IMG/VR virus record: IMGVR_UViG_3300037488_003551
Coordinates: 96,001 to 160,000 of that record
DNA length: 64,000 bases
Source of the DNA: a virus
Direction: 5' to 3' (one strand)
Below are positions 37,705 to 48,903 of this stretch, piece after piece. The first letter of the stretch is position 1. The number at the start of each line of letters is the position of its first letter. The notes below the pieces were generated by a model. The model searched no databases, had not been told where the DNA came from, and was given only the letters and a program-made list of their open reading frames with translations. Position numbers and translations under genes: made by a program.

Positions 37705-40700
37705 ATGGCTAAGTCTGAAAATGCTTCAACTACCTATACCGTCAATATGCCCCATCAGGCGGCATGGATTGTGTATATCAACGGAATTGAAGTCCCTGCT
37801 AATTCGGTGAATGTCGAGTTCGGCGTGTGGTCGATACCGACGGCGCAAATTCGTCTTGTCCCACATGTTCTCCTTCAACGAATTGGTTATGAAGACCGTT
37901 TACAGGTTGAGATTTATTATCTAGACCTCTTTTTTGACCCGGATAATCCTCGATTTTGCCTGTTCGGAGAATTTGAAATTGTAGGATGGTCCTATCAAAC
38001 AACAGCTTCTGGCCGTTTTTTGCAGTTGGATTGCCGGTCGCAGCTGAAGATTTTGGAGCAGTTGCGCTTCTATTACATGTCCAGTCTGGCGGATATGGCG
38101 AAGGGTTTGTCGGCTCCCACTGCTACGGATGTGGGAGTTGTAGCTGTCCCGATGGTGGCTTATCCCTTCTCTCTATTTAGAAGAGGGTTGGTCCCAGACC
38201 CGGCGAATCCCGATGCTTTTATAGCGACTCCTTTTGAGTTTGTTCGCAATCTGCTGAAGGCGCTCACGGACCCCGTTGATTTAACGAGCGCGTCTAATAA
38301 TGAAGCGGCAGAAGGTCAGCTCCCGCGCAACGCGAGTGGGGTAGCTGGTAGGAACTTTTTTGGGCGTTGGGTAGAGATGACTGATTTTAGGCGTCGCTGG
38401 GCTGCGCTCCCCTATTTTGATGACGAGCAAGCAAAAGCTGTTGATGGGTGTTTCCCCATCATCAAAGCTCTTACTTCGACGGAAGTCTTGGGCACAATTC
38501 AGCAGCAGATTGGTAATAGCGTAGGTGAAGCGGGAACGGCTTGGGAACTCTTGCAGCGCGTATTTGGCGCGATGTATATGGAGGTCTTGGCAATTCCAGC
38601 ACCCCCTGCTGTTCAGCTCGAGTTCAAGACGAATTTGATTTCGGGATACTTTACACATCGCGGAGGAAAAGACGAGACTACGTATGGAGGACTTGCTTCT
38701 TACGTAGTTAAACCCCAGTGTATTTTCGGTATTCCCCCTGCGTGCAATGTCATTTTCCCGTCGATGATTCGCAATTATTCGACTTCGGAGAACTACGAAC
38801 GACAACCTACGCGTATTTATTTAGGAGAGGCCTACGTCTCTTCTCTTGTGGCGAGTGGAGCCTCTGGAGAGATGCAATCTCTTTCAGCAGAGCTCCTCGT
38901 GACAGGTTATCCCGATATCGTACGCGAGCGCATGCAGGAGCACCGCGAGAATGCCAGTTTGAGCACGCGCAATTTTCTGATTTATCCCGAGGAGCTTTAT
39001 AAAGGTCCGGTGAGTAAGCATCTGAATGCCCCTTCTTGGCTTTATATGCTCGAGAAGATGGGACAGAATGTGAGCTCGACTCAATCAGTCTCTGTAGGGG
39101 GTAAAACCTACGCGAGGGGTAAAGGGACTATTAATAAGTTGGAGCGCGCTGTTCCAGCGTATGGACCTATCGTAACGTCAGCTGCAAAGTCGTATGGTCT
39201 TCCAGAAGATTTTGTTTGGGGCGTTATTGGATGTGAGTCTGTTTATAACCGGCTGAGTCGTCACCCCAAATCAGGTGCAGGTGGTCTCATGCAGATGATG
39301 CAGGCCACTTTTAAGTCAGCCTATACGCGTGCTCGGAAAAAAAATCCGAGTTTGCCCGAATTGGGTGATCATGGACCCCCTCGACAGGTTCTTATAAAGA
39401 AGGGAACTAACGGGAAGAAAGATAGATATCGAACGGTTTATAACGAGTCTATCTACGACGACTTATTTGACCCTCAAAAGGGTTTGTATGCTGGAATAGA
39501 CGAGCTCATGGAGCTTTCTAAAGAGTTTGGCGCTACGAACTTTTCTGTGGAGGAGTTCAATCCTAAGAACCCAGTTCCGTCTTTAGCACAATGTGTGTTG
39601 ATTGGGTATAATGCGGGTATCGGTAATGGAAGAAAACTCGCTAAGCAGCGGGCGACGTATTTTGCGGCACCGGAGAACCAACGAGACCTAAATATCTTTG
39701 AAAAGGGCTGGGTAGGCTGGGAGAATGCATCTGGTACGCGAGGCACTTTGGCGCATTGGCGTGTTTACTCGGAACGCGTGTATCGTTTTCAGAAAGCGTA
39801 TATCGCGTATCAGAAGTTGGGCGGTAAGGGAGAGACTGCGAGCGCTCCCGCTTCCCCGCAAGCTCCAGCGTCAAAACCGGCGGCGTCTACGACCTCTTCG
39901 ACACCCCCGACTGTTGACTTTGAGGCAGCCAAATCGGGTGTTAGCGGCGCCTTCTCAAATATAGTAAAAAAAGTTCTTAAGACCGCGAGCGCTACTGCAG
40001 TTACTCCAAAAAATACTGCTACGCCTGCAAATGAGACCTCAACTAATGTTCTAGATACTGGCCAAGCTGGTGTTATAACTGCGACTGCTTCGGTTTTTAA
40101 TGCGACAGAGGAGGAATCTGCCCTCGGCGACTTATTCCAACTTTACGCAAAGTACGAGTATTTCCGGTCGCGTTTTGAGACGCGGTCTGCCACAGCTACG
40201 CTCGCGTTTAATCCGTATATTGTGCCTGGATTTAGCGCTGTCATCTTGGATAACGTTGTCTCCGGATTCCATTCGATTGGATACGTTAATTCAGTCAGCC
40301 ATAGTTTCTCTGCTTCTGGAGATATGCAGACAACGGTAGTTCTTTCTTATGTGCGGACGATGCCAGAGTATTTGAAGCTAATAGTTACAGGTGCAAGTGA
40401 CCAAGACCTCGCCAGCGATTTAAACGAGGATTTTGATGTCGGCCCTACGGAAGTCATTTCTGAAGTCGCACAGGTTTTTCAGGTCTATGGTACCGCCGAC
40501 GACTTCTACCAGAAAGTTCTTTATCCCGGGGTTTCAAAAGGTACTCCGCTCGTCTTCGATGTCGATGAATTTTTGACATTAGAGGACATGGATAATCGTC
40601 CAGTACTTGCTGAAGCTACGACAGATGAGAACGTGAATACGTGGACTCCAGACAAAGGTCTTTACACACGGCCTACGAAAGATTTCAAAGCGTATTTCAC

Positions 40701-41088
40701 ATCATATGACGCGGCTATGACTTTTGTGTCTAGACCAGTTGCTACGCTGCAGCAAACGATTGAATTGCGTCATGGAAAGAAGTTGTCGGAGATTTTAAAG
40801 GATAAAAATGGCGAGGTCCAGGGTGCTAACGATACTTTTACTTCGGGGAATAAGTCTGCACGTTTTTATCCTCGGATTTACAATTTATTACAGCCTGGGC
40901 CTACGATAAATTCTGCTGCAATTCAGGCTATTACGAATACGGGTGCTTCAGATGGAGCTACGACTGAAGGTAGTTGGCAGATTATAGCTGCCGACCACAA
41001 CATCCCAGAGTCGCGTCAAAATTGGGACCAAGTGCTCATCAAATACCGCAACGCTGTGCGGGGTAAGACGTCGGTGGCGCTGCTATGA
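37705..41088 (+). CDS. Baseplate hub-like protein with an inserted lytic transglycosylase domain
   Basis: N-terminal YINGIEVP and C-terminal FNPYIVPGF hub-like segments; internal GVIGCES, GAGGLMQMM, GYNAG SLT motifs. Confidence 0.7.
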   Translation: MAKSENASTTYTVNMPHQAAWIVYINGIEVPANSVNVEFGVWSIPTAQIRLVPHVLLQRIGYEDRLQVEIYYLDLFFDPDNPRFCLFGEFEIVGWSYQTTASGRFLQLDCRSQLKILEQLRFYYMSSLADMAKGLSAPTATDVGVVAVPMVAYPFSLFRRGLVPDPANPDAFIATPFEFVRNLLKALTDPVDLTSASNNEAAEGQLPRNASGVAGRNFFGRWVEMTDFRRRWAALPYFDDEQAKAVDGCFPIIKALTSTEVLGTIQQQIGNSVGEAGTAWELLQRVFGAMYMEVLAIPAPPAVQLEFKTNLISGYFTHRGGKDETTYGGLASYVVKPQCIFGIPPACNVIFPSMIRNYSTSENYERQPTRIYLGEAYVSSLVASGASGEMQSLSAELLVTGYPDIVRERMQEHRENASLSTRNFLIYPEELYKGPVSKHLNAPSWLYMLEKMGQNVSSTQSVSVGGKTYARGKGTINKLERAVPAYGPIVTSAAKSYGLPEDFVWGVIGCESVYNRLSRHPKSGAGGLMQMMQATFKSAYTRARKKNPSLPELGDHGPPRQVLIKKGTNGKKDRYRTVYNESIYDDLFDPQKGLYAGIDELMELSKEFGATNFSVEEFNPKNPVPSLAQCVLIGYNAGIGNGRKLAKQRATYFAAPENQRDLNIFEKGWVGWENASGTRGTLAHWRVYSERVYRFQKAYIAYQKLGGKGETASAPASPQAPASKPAASTTSSTPPTVDFEAAKSGVSGAFSNIVKKVLKTASATAVTPKNTATPANETSTNVLDTGQAGVITATASVFNATEEESALGDLFQLYAKYEYFRSRFETRSATATLAFNPYIVPGFSAVILDNVVSGFHSIGYVNSVSHSFSASGDMQTTVVLSYVRTMPEYLKLIVTGASDQDLASDLNEDFDVGPTEVISEVAQVFQVYGTADDFYQKVLYPGVSKGTPLVFDVDEFLTLEDMDNRPVLAEATTDENVNTWTPDKGLYTRPTKDFKAYFTSYDAAMTFVSRPVATLQQTIELRHGKKLSEILKDKNGEVQGANDTFTSGNKSARFYPRIYNLLQPGPTINSAAIQAITNTGASDGATTEGSWQIIAADHNIPESRQNWDQVLIKYRNAVRGKTSVALL

Positions 41089-41786
41089 CGAACATGCTCA
41101 CACGCCAAGAAGAAGACCTCGCTCTTTGGAAGCAGTGGAAGTCGAGCAACGACCGGCTTGCGCTGAACAAGCTTTTGACGCGTTTGGACCCGCTGATTCA
41201 GGGTGAGGTAAATAAGTGGGGACAGGCAGTCCCTCGGCAGGCTTTGGAGGCAAAGGCGAAGACGTTGGCTCTCGAGGCGCTGGAGTCCTATGACCCAAAA
41301 AAAGGAGCGGCCATCGGAACCCACGTAACGAGCCGTCTTCGAAAGCTTTCCCGCTCGGTCTATCCGTATCAGAACGTCGCGAGAGTCCCGGAGAATCAGC
41401 AACTATATTTTCACACGTACAATGTTGCTACAAACAAGCTCCAGGATTCTCTTGGCCGTGACCCAGCGGTTGACGAGCTGGCCGATGAATTGGGTTGGTC
41501 GCAGAAGCGCGTCACGCATTTTCAGAACGCCTTCGCTCGGCGTGAGCTCGTGGAGTCTGAAGGAGCGTACTGGGAGGGGGAGCGCGATGAGGGACTTATC
41601 GACTTTTACCACCACAGTTTGGCTCCCCGTGACAAGCAGATTTTTGAAGACATTATCGGATATAATGGGAAAACTCCCATGAAGAATCCAGACCTTATGA
41701 AGAAGTACAATATGACGCAGGCGCAATTGAGCTATCTCAAGCGTAAATACGTGCAGGATTTACAGCGCGTGCAAGGCGGATTTTAG
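41085..41786 (+). CDS. Phage sigma-70-like transcription factor
   Basis: Region 2-like ALEALESYDPKKGAAIGTHV, region 3 LGRDPAVDELADELGW, C-terminal HTH. Confidence 0.8.
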   Translation: MTNMLTRQEEDLALWKQWKSSNDRLALNKLLTRLDPLIQGEVNKWGQAVPRQALEAKAKTLALEALESYDPKKGAAIGTHVTSRLRKLSRSVYPYQNVARVPENQQLYFHTYNVATNKLQDSLGRDPAVDELADELGWSQKRVTHFQNAFARRELVESEGAYWEGERDEGLIDFYHHSLAPRDKQIFEDIIGYNGKTPMKNPDLMKKYNMTQAQLSYLKRKYVQDLQRVQGGF

Positions 41787-43187
41787 ATGCCCCTGAGTGA
41801 CGGACAACTCCAGCAGCTTTTAAATGCTACCGCTGATAACGCGCGGGAAAAGGGTCCGTCCGACCATATGACGGTTGGGACAGGTGGGGCCTTGGCTCCA
41901 GCTAAGTCACAGGATTGGCTTTCTTATTTGCGAAACGCCGCGGAGCAACGTGCAGGAAATGCCTTTACGATGCTCAATCTTTCTCCCGAGGGGACGCCCC
42001 GGAGCTCTACTCCCACGTGTATTTTGAATGCCGTGGGGTTTATTCACCCCGTAATCTATTCTTTTTTGCCCGCGGGTTCGTATAAAACATGGACTAATGA
42101 CGAGGCTCGAACGGTTAAACAGATAGTCTTGCATTCTTTCGGCCAGCCCTGGCATGCTTTTAAAGATAGTGGCGTATGGAAAGGATATATGAATGAGGCC
42201 GGCAAGCTCATTCCGATGCCCTATCTAGATGGCACTGTCGAGCGTACTGCCTGGGTTCCATCTGGAAGCAACGAGAGCACGATGGCACACCCGGAGAGAT
42301 TAGGCACAACTCTCCGCGCTCTGACTTTAGGGGTCGAAGGAACGACTTCGACGCATTTTATTATTGATAGAGATGGTGTGCTTTACGTGATGTGTGACTG
42401 CAATCACATTCTCAAATCTTCTGGGAGCCTGAGCGATACGTGCGTATCCATCGCTCTCGAGGAGGCGCTGTATTACAAGTCTGGAGCGGATGCTCTACAC
42501 CCTTCTCCGGTGACTTGGGACCCGGTGGACGCGAGCGCCACGAATCTTTCGACGTGGGACTACAGCGCGGAGCAGTACCAGACGTTGACAGCGCTTCTCT
42601 TCAAGCTCCGCATGGCCTATCCCGACATCAACACGGCGACGCACTCGAGCGCGCGGGCGAGCGTGGATTCGTCGTTTGTGGGCTACACCATGCACAGCCA
42701 CCTCAAGGACTCGCGTCCCCAGGACATCGATGTAGCGCCACACCTGCAGTCTACCGCTGAGTGGGATGCCTTTTTCGCCGCGATTGGGCAGCAGAGCAGC
42801 TTGTCTGCCTATGCGGTGTGGAAGCGCCCAGCTGAGGGTCCAGCGGCACGTACAGCTTGGGTCGAAGAGCTGGTGACCGCGGCTACAGCAGACAATCAGG
42901 GGTCGAATCCCTGGACCTCCATCAATCCGCCGATGGTCTACTTGTCCTCTATGCACCGAGCTCACCAGGAAGTCTTGAAGACCTCGAAGGACTACCGGCG
43001 CAACGCCGCGGTGTTGGCTCGGCAGGACAGCAAGCTGCAGGAGGCCCGGTTGGGTGTGGGACGCGTCCTCGAGGCTGCCGCGCAGATGCCGCCCTCTGTC
43101 CCGTCCAAGACCCAGTTGTACACGGACAAGGAATACACCGTGGCTGAGCAGCGCCGAACCGCGGTTGCCACAGATGGGATTTTTTAG
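41787..43187 (+). CDS. N-acetylmuramoyl-L-alanine amidase (Amidase_2-like) domain protein
   Basis: IVLHS, STHFIIDRDG, SIALEE, MHSHL..DV motifs. Confidence 0.65.
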   Translation: MPLSDGQLQQLLNATADNAREKGPSDHMTVGTGGALAPAKSQDWLSYLRNAAEQRAGNAFTMLNLSPEGTPRSSTPTCILNAVGFIHPVIYSFLPAGSYKTWTNDEARTVKQIVLHSFGQPWHAFKDSGVWKGYMNEAGKLIPMPYLDGTVERTAWVPSGSNESTMAHPERLGTTLRALTLGVEGTTSTHFIIDRDGVLYVMCDCNHILKSSGSLSDTCVSIALEEALYYKSGADALHPSPVTWDPVDASATNLSTWDYSAEQYQTLTALLFKLRMAYPDINTATHSSARASVDSSFVGYTMHSHLKDSRPQDIDVAPHLQSTAEWDAFFAAIGQQSSLSAYAVWKRPAEGPAARTAWVEELVTAATADNQGSNPWTSINPPMVYLSSMHRAHQEVLKTSKDYRRNAAVLARQDSKLQEARLGVGRVLEAAAQMPPSVPSKTQLYTDKEYTVAEQRRTAVATDGIF

Positions 43188-43630
43188 TGGACATCCATTT
43201 TCAGCCTGTTCCAGTAAACGACGTGAGCGGGACCAAAGTCTTTACTTTTGGTTTTCAGTCCGCGTTAAAAGTGGAAGGCCTTCAAGCTTTGGTTAATCGG
43301 TGGGTCAAGACGCTGATGACGCCGCGTGGAAGTGACCCGCTCGATGCCGAGGCTGGTACGGATTTTGGAAACCTCATCGGGACGAATATTCCAAAGGCGT
43401 CTAAAGGGTCTATCATCGATATCGTCGCGATGGCTATTGATGACGCGAGTGAGCAGGTACAGAAGCAAGACATAACGGCGCGTCACGGAGAGACTGAGTC
43501 TCTCGACCGCGCGAATCTTTTGCGATTTAATATGACGAGCAGCGGCGATGGTTTTGAGGTCTGGGTAGAAATAAAAAATCAAGCAGGTGAGGTGTTGGTA
43601 ACACGCCTCTTTGACATGGCGAATAGGTAA
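43187..43630 (+). CDS. Baseplate wedge gp25/GPW-like protein
   Basis: LMTPRGSDPLD..GTDF motif, 147 aa, precedes the J-like gene. Confidence 0.7.
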   Translation: MDIHFQPVPVNDVSGTKVFTFGFQSALKVEGLQALVNRWVKTLMTPRGSDPLDAEAGTDFGNLIGTNIPKASKGSIIDIVAMAIDDASEQVQKQDITARHGETESLDRANLLRFNMTSSGDGFEVWVEIKNQAGEVLVTRLFDMANR

Positions 43631-43634
43631 CCGA

Positions 43635-45761
43635 ATGGCAGACCTCGTTATCAAGCAAGACGACCTCCAGAGCGCCATTGATTTTCTGACGGAATACCTG
43701 ACGGAGCAAGTACCGGAGGCTACGTTTACGGACGGAAGCGCTCTGCGGGATTTGATGGTGAAGGCGTTTGCTCCCATGTACGCCTACCTAAAAGCTGAGG
43801 TAGACCGTAGCGCTATTCTACAATCGATTTCGCGGATACAAACTGAGCTTGCGAATGGAGAGACGACTACCCTCGATACCACGGACATCTCAGAAGCGGT
43901 AGATGCCGTCCTCTCCAATTGGTTTGTCAACCGAAGTGGCGGGGCGAGGTCGACGGGAATAGCGCAGCTCCACTTTACGAGGCGCACCTCGATTGTAATT
44001 CGGCGCGACACCAAGTTTTGGCGGTCGACGACCCTCGCGTTTTACCCAGACATCACGAGTGACACTTTCGTAGTGGCTGAGAATCAACTCCGGCCTGTTT
44101 ATGACACGCGCGGGCGCCTTGTGGACTACGTCGCGAATGTTCCTATCACTGCGGCTCGAGTTGGTGATATCTACGACTTCGAAGCGGGTCGGTTCGTGCG
44201 GATAGAAGCTCCTGGGGGTCTCCCCTTCTTCTCGTACGGAGAGCATCAGCAGCCGGTATCTGGTGGAGAGGCTACAGAGAGCACCACGGAGTTTTTGGAC
44301 CGTGCGCAGGTGGCGATAACCGTACGGAATTACATAAACAATCGTTCTATTGACACGGTCATAAATGAGCAAGCCCCAGAAGCCATCAATATCCTGACGG
44401 TCGGCATGGGCGAGCCCGAGATGACGCGGGACCTTCGGACTGAAATCTCGCCGGCTATCGCGCTGCACGTGGGCGGCCATTACGATACGTATTTGGATTT
44501 GCCCGAGACGCAGGTAGAAGAGAACGGTCTCGTTGGAGGTCTTTTTGCGCGCCCGGATGGACTTGTAAACGTTTTCCGTGACCCACGGCTGACGTACGAC
44601 CTTGGGCAAACGTTTACGTCTCTCGGTCTCGAGGCTGGGCATATTCTGTACGTCATCAGCGGCATCGTTGGAGCTCCTCGTGGATTTCCAATAACGCTTG
44701 TGACAGACCATGCCATCTATGTAAGTGAAAACAGCCCCTTCGATGAGGCCTCGGATGAACTGGATACGAACGCGCTGGAATATTCCATCGGTTGGTATGC
44801 TCCTAGTTTTTCTGAAGTGGATTTGGAAGGCACTGCGGTCTATTCCCGGGTCGCTACAGCCAGTACGAATCCGATTTACGCGTCCGTGCCTACAGGAACA
44901 TCACGGCAGATTTCCGAGCCAGGCGCAATCGTACTCTCTGGCAATCCTGTGCAGGATGTTATCTCTGTTGAGATAACGGACCCGGCAGCCTCAGCGCTCG
45001 TTGACCCAGCTACAGGAACTCTGCGCTTTACGAACCGGGTAAATACTGCGCCGATATTGGGTTCTGTTTTGGGCACATCTCAATATCAGGTTGAGTGTAT
45101 TAACCCATCGAAAGGTCAGTCGGCAGAGGGTGTGGTTTTTATCCGAGTCGGTCCTCTTACGGCGCCGACAATGTACGATGGAAAGAACCTGCGTGTGTCT
45201 TATCGCACCTCGAGAACTTTTGCGACGTTGCACACGCTATTCCGCAGCTACGGAGACCGTGTCGTTGCAGCGAATCACCTGGTAAAAGCGCGTAACCCGA
45301 TTTGGATTTACGCAAATATCCCATATCGACTGAAGCCGACCGCGACGGATGTGCTTCCTGTAACAGAGGCACAGAGCGTTATTGCGGACCACATTAATGC
45401 TTTCGACCCGAACGATGACTTGGATATGTCGGATTTGGCTACGGAGTTGCGGACAGAGTACTCGGATGTCGTTGGAACTGTCTATCCGTTCACTGTCGAG
45501 TATGACTTACATACTCCGGATGGGCAGGTATTGCAGTTTGAGACTACGGATATCGTCTCGATTTATCCGAAAGCTACAAATGGCGTGACGCTCATGAACG
45601 GCGCCGACCTCCTTGTCCCCGCTTCTCTAGTGGCGCGTGGAATTACGACTGTCGCTACGACGAGTGACCTAAATAACTTGTACGCGTATTACGGAATTTC
45701 AGATCGAACCGTGACCTATAAGTCTCGGTCGGACCTCATCAACTTCTCGCTGCGAGGATAA
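43635..45761 (+). CDS. Baseplate J-like (wedge) protein
   Basis: GSALRDL, SGG...ES..EF..R, VGMGEPEMTRD, HVGGHYD motifs; position in the baseplate cluster. Confidence 0.7.
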   Translation: MADLVIKQDDLQSAIDFLTEYLTEQVPEATFTDGSALRDLMVKAFAPMYAYLKAEVDRSAILQSISRIQTELANGETTTLDTTDISEAVDAVLSNWFVNRSGGARSTGIAQLHFTRRTSIVIRRDTKFWRSTTLAFYPDITSDTFVVAENQLRPVYDTRGRLVDYVANVPITAARVGDIYDFEAGRFVRIEAPGGLPFFSYGEHQQPVSGGEATESTTEFLDRAQVAITVRNYINNRSIDTVINEQAPEAINILTVGMGEPEMTRDLRTEISPAIALHVGGHYDTYLDLPETQVEENGLVGGLFARPDGLVNVFRDPRLTYDLGQTFTSLGLEAGHILYVISGIVGAPRGFPITLVTDHAIYVSENSPFDEASDELDTNALEYSIGWYAPSFSEVDLEGTAVYSRVATASTNPIYASVPTGTSRQISEPGAIVLSGNPVQDVISVEITDPAASALVDPATGTLRFTNRVNTAPILGSVLGTSQYQVECINPSKGQSAEGVVFIRVGPLTAPTMYDGKNLRVSYRTSRTFATLHTLFRSYGDRVVAANHLVKARNPIWIYANIPYRLKPTATDVLPVTEAQSVIADHINAFDPNDDLDMSDLATELRTEYSDVVGTVYPFTVEYDLHTPDGQVLQFETTDIVSIYPKATNGVTLMNGADLLVPASLVARGITTVATTSDLNNLYAYYGISDRTVTYKSRSDLINFSLRG

Positions 45762-45765
45762 ATAC

Positions 45766-48700
45766 ATGGGTAATCCCTACGAGATTGCAGACTATGCGTC
45801 CTCGCTCTTCAGGGGTCTCTCGGGCTTTTGGCAGCGTTTCTTCCGTGATACAAAAGACCTGGAAGCTTTTTACCAGGCCTCGGAGCAATATCTCGGACAG
45901 GTATATCTGGATTTGCTCTCGAATGTTCTCAGCACTGCGATAACAACCACTCCTATTTTCAATAAAGAGGTATGGAAGCTTTTCGCTATCGCAGAGAATG
46001 AACTCTCATTTACGGAAGGTCTATCCACAGCCGATGACCGCTTTACGTATGACATGCCAGGTACCGCTGTCGATGTAGACGTTTTACAGAATTCGATTCT
46101 AGAGCCTACCTACGTTCTCGAAAAGGATTTGGATTTTGAGACGACAGCTCTCGATGGATATCTGCATTTTGTAACCGACCCTTTTAGGCAGGCAGTTGAT
46201 GATGTTGGGGAGTATATACCAGCGGAGGGTGTGGCTTGGCGCTGGGTAGACTTACTGGTTGGGAATGCTTTCTACGACACGAATTTCACGGGTAAATGGC
46301 CGGACAGCACCGACGTTCGGCGCGGTAATACCCTGCGCATTTTGGCCTATCCAGGAGCGACTGTAGATAATCAGACAACGGGAAAACTGACGTACGGAGG
46401 TACGCTGGTCTTCTCGGATGCCGCGGCCTCTTTTACGACGGCAAATAAAGGCGATGTCGTCGAAGTTTACGGAGACCCTGGAGGCACGGCCTTCGGGCGT
46501 TACGTTATCAAGGAATACCTGGCTCCAACTCAAGTCTTGATTGACGAGGATGCGTATCTTACTCCGACGATAACAACGGCGGCCAATCTAACTTGGCGCC
46601 TTATAAAGGCCATCTATTTCGATTACGCGTCACAGGATTATGAAATCGACTTTTTTGATGCGCACAAATTCATTGGGAAAAGTTCGACTCCATATCCAAT
46701 CGATAAAGACGGACCTTTCATCTACTCGGTATTGCGCGAGCCCGCGGATGATACGGTTGTCGGTGTGACTCTAAATGCGTATCCTGCCGTTACTGATTTA
46801 GGGAGTCGCCATCTCAAAAAAGATTCTGTAGAAGTTTTCGCGTTGCGTCTTTTTGATGGGAGTCAGGTCCAAGAGAATGTGGACTATACCGTCGATTATC
46901 TACGCGGTGTAATTACCCCTGTTTATTATTTTGACCCCGTAACAATCACAGGTATTAATGGAATCCTCACGAATCTTGGCACGCATGCGACTTTTACGGC
47001 TCCTCCTACTGTATTCGATACGACGTATGACGTAGGAGGAACGGTAACTATTTCAACTGGTTCCAGTCCCGGTATTTATGTAATAGCGAGCGTAGTAGAC
47101 CCTGCGACTGTCATCCTCGAGGACAGTGCGGGTGTCCCTACAGAGGGCGGAGTAAACTGGAGTCGCCAGCGTGCGGATAACATCCCAGCTTGGGACCCAG
47201 CGTCTTCTATTTTAAAATGTTCTTACCGCTTCATGCGTGAGGTTCTATTTTCTGCAAACGGTAAAGCGCTCGAGCAGACAGTTGGGCAGGTCAAGCAGCT
47301 CTCTTTTTGGGTACCCGAAGTGCACGTGGACCGTTTTACGCTCTATAACAATTTTGGGTCGATGCTGAATCGCTTCGCAGCGTCCTCCGAGACGTACCGA
47401 GCGTTTCTCCGTGGCATCATGTACTTGTACGCCTCTGGGCCGATTCTCCAGCGGATTGAGTCGGCCTTGAATGTTGCGGCTGGTCTTCCTGTGTGTCTCA
47501 CCGATGGAGAGACGCTCCTCACTTATGACACGGGTATGACAGCGAGCGGGATGGACGGTGTCTTCACCACGGTTACGACAGCTTTCTCGAGCGCGAGCGC
47601 GACGTTCTCGTCTTTGGACGTGGGCGGGTACGTCATCGTAAAGCTGGCGGTTGAGGATATTAACCGTACGCGTTTTAGAGTCGTCAGCTTCGTGGACGCG
47701 CACACGCTCATCGTGGAGGCTGAGTACGGAGTCCTCGATGAGATTGGAATGACTTGGGAATTCAGCCGAACGCTGAAGCATACGCTCACGACGGAGACCA
47801 CGGGTGGTACGGTTAATACCTACAATTTTCCGTACTGGATTCCCATGCGGACGGACTTCATCCCGGCAAATAACGTAACGTTTAATGCCTTCGATACCTT
47901 TACGGCGGCATTTACCGTTACGGATTATCTCATCGACCCGACGTGGTGGCACAACAAGTACATCCCTGAGGTCCTCTGGGGAAATACTACGCAAATACGG
48001 CGACTTGCGTCATCAACTCTGGTCGAGCACATCTTCGACCCCCTGGACAGTGCGTGTTTTGACGACCCGGGTTTGTACTTCGATGGTACTGAGGAAGGCA
48101 CCATTCTCCACCCAACTGTTCCGCTTACGGCACCTCCGGTGGAGCTCTCTCTTTACAGACACACGGTGGCCTTTATTCTTTTCGACCGGTATCTGAAGAT
48201 GCACATGTTCTACATCGGCATCGACCACGACGTGGAGCTCACTCCTGAATTCATCGACGATATTACGGACTTGGTTCTCGTCGCAAAACCCTCTTATACC
48301 TATCCGTACGTCGAGCCGGGAGAAGATTTCCGTGACACGTTGCGGTTATTAGAGGAATTCTGGATAAGTGAAATTGGTCTCCATCCGGTTGACGACCTCG
48401 CGACGGTAGCGAAGAGTATCCTTGTTGACCACGACATCCTTTTGTTTGACGATTATTATCGCTACGTTGCGTACGATGACGCTGTGACAGGTGAGGATGC
48501 TCCTCTGGGAATTGGAGATACGTTTACGCTTCCAAGGCCAGTAGGTCCCCGTGAGTATTTTGTGATGCTGCGTCTAAACGCGACTATTGATAGTGAACGT
48601 GTCGTCGAAACCCGCGATTACACTATCGATTTGGACCCGTTATCCGCGTCGTATGGCGAGGTGACGATTGTGACCGCGGATTGGGATGCCGGAGCGATAA

Positions 48701-48894
48701 CATTCGACGCGCAGACGGTTGTTTTGTACAATGCGAGTTTGGGAGTGCCTGATACCCGTATTGGTTTTACGCCTTTAGCCGTTGATGGCACGGACCCGAC
48801 GTATTTACGTGACACTGTCACAGAGCAATCGATGATTGACCGAACGATAATGGTTTCAATTGACGTAGCAGGGGCGCCCTATGTCTACGTGTGA
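45766..48894 (+). CDS. Baseplate wedge / tail protein
   Basis: 1042 aa after the J-like gene; SETYRAFLRGIMYLYASGP...AAGLP and KPSYT motifs. Confidence 0.6.
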   Translation: MGNPYEIADYASSLFRGLSGFWQRFFRDTKDLEAFYQASEQYLGQVYLDLLSNVLSTAITTTPIFNKEVWKLFAIAENELSFTEGLSTADDRFTYDMPGTAVDVDVLQNSILEPTYVLEKDLDFETTALDGYLHFVTDPFRQAVDDVGEYIPAEGVAWRWVDLLVGNAFYDTNFTGKWPDSTDVRRGNTLRILAYPGATVDNQTTGKLTYGGTLVFSDAAASFTTANKGDVVEVYGDPGGTAFGRYVIKEYLAPTQVLIDEDAYLTPTITTAANLTWRLIKAIYFDYASQDYEIDFFDAHKFIGKSSTPYPIDKDGPFIYSVLREPADDTVVGVTLNAYPAVTDLGSRHLKKDSVEVFALRLFDGSQVQENVDYTVDYLRGVITPVYYFDPVTITGINGILTNLGTHATFTAPPTVFDTTYDVGGTVTISTGSSPGIYVIASVVDPATVILEDSAGVPTEGGVNWSRQRADNIPAWDPASSILKCSYRFMREVLFSANGKALEQTVGQVKQLSFWVPEVHVDRFTLYNNFGSMLNRFAASSETYRAFLRGIMYLYASGPILQRIESALNVAAGLPVCLTDGETLLTYDTGMTASGMDGVFTTVTTAFSSASATFSSLDVGGYVIVKLAVEDINRTRFRVVSFVDAHTLIVEAEYGVLDEIGMTWEFSRTLKHTLTTETTGGTVNTYNFPYWIPMRTDFIPANNVTFNAFDTFTAAFTVTDYLIDPTWWHNKYIPEVLWGNTTQIRRLASSTLVEHIFDPLDSACFDDPGLYFDGTEEGTILHPTVPLTAPPVELSLYRHTVAFILFDRYLKMHMFYIGIDHDVELTPEFIDDITDLVLVAKPSYTYPYVEPGEDFRDTLRLLEEFWISEIGLHPVDDLATVAKSILVDHDILLFDDYYRYVAYDDAVTGEDAPLGIGDTFTLPRPVGPREYFVMLRLNATIDSERVVETRDYTIDLDPLSASYGEVTIVTADWDAGAITFDAQTVVLYNASLGVPDTRIGFTPLAVDGTDPTYLRDTVTEQSMIDRTIMVSIDVAGAPYVYV

Positions 48895-48903
48895 GGAAAA
48901 TCG

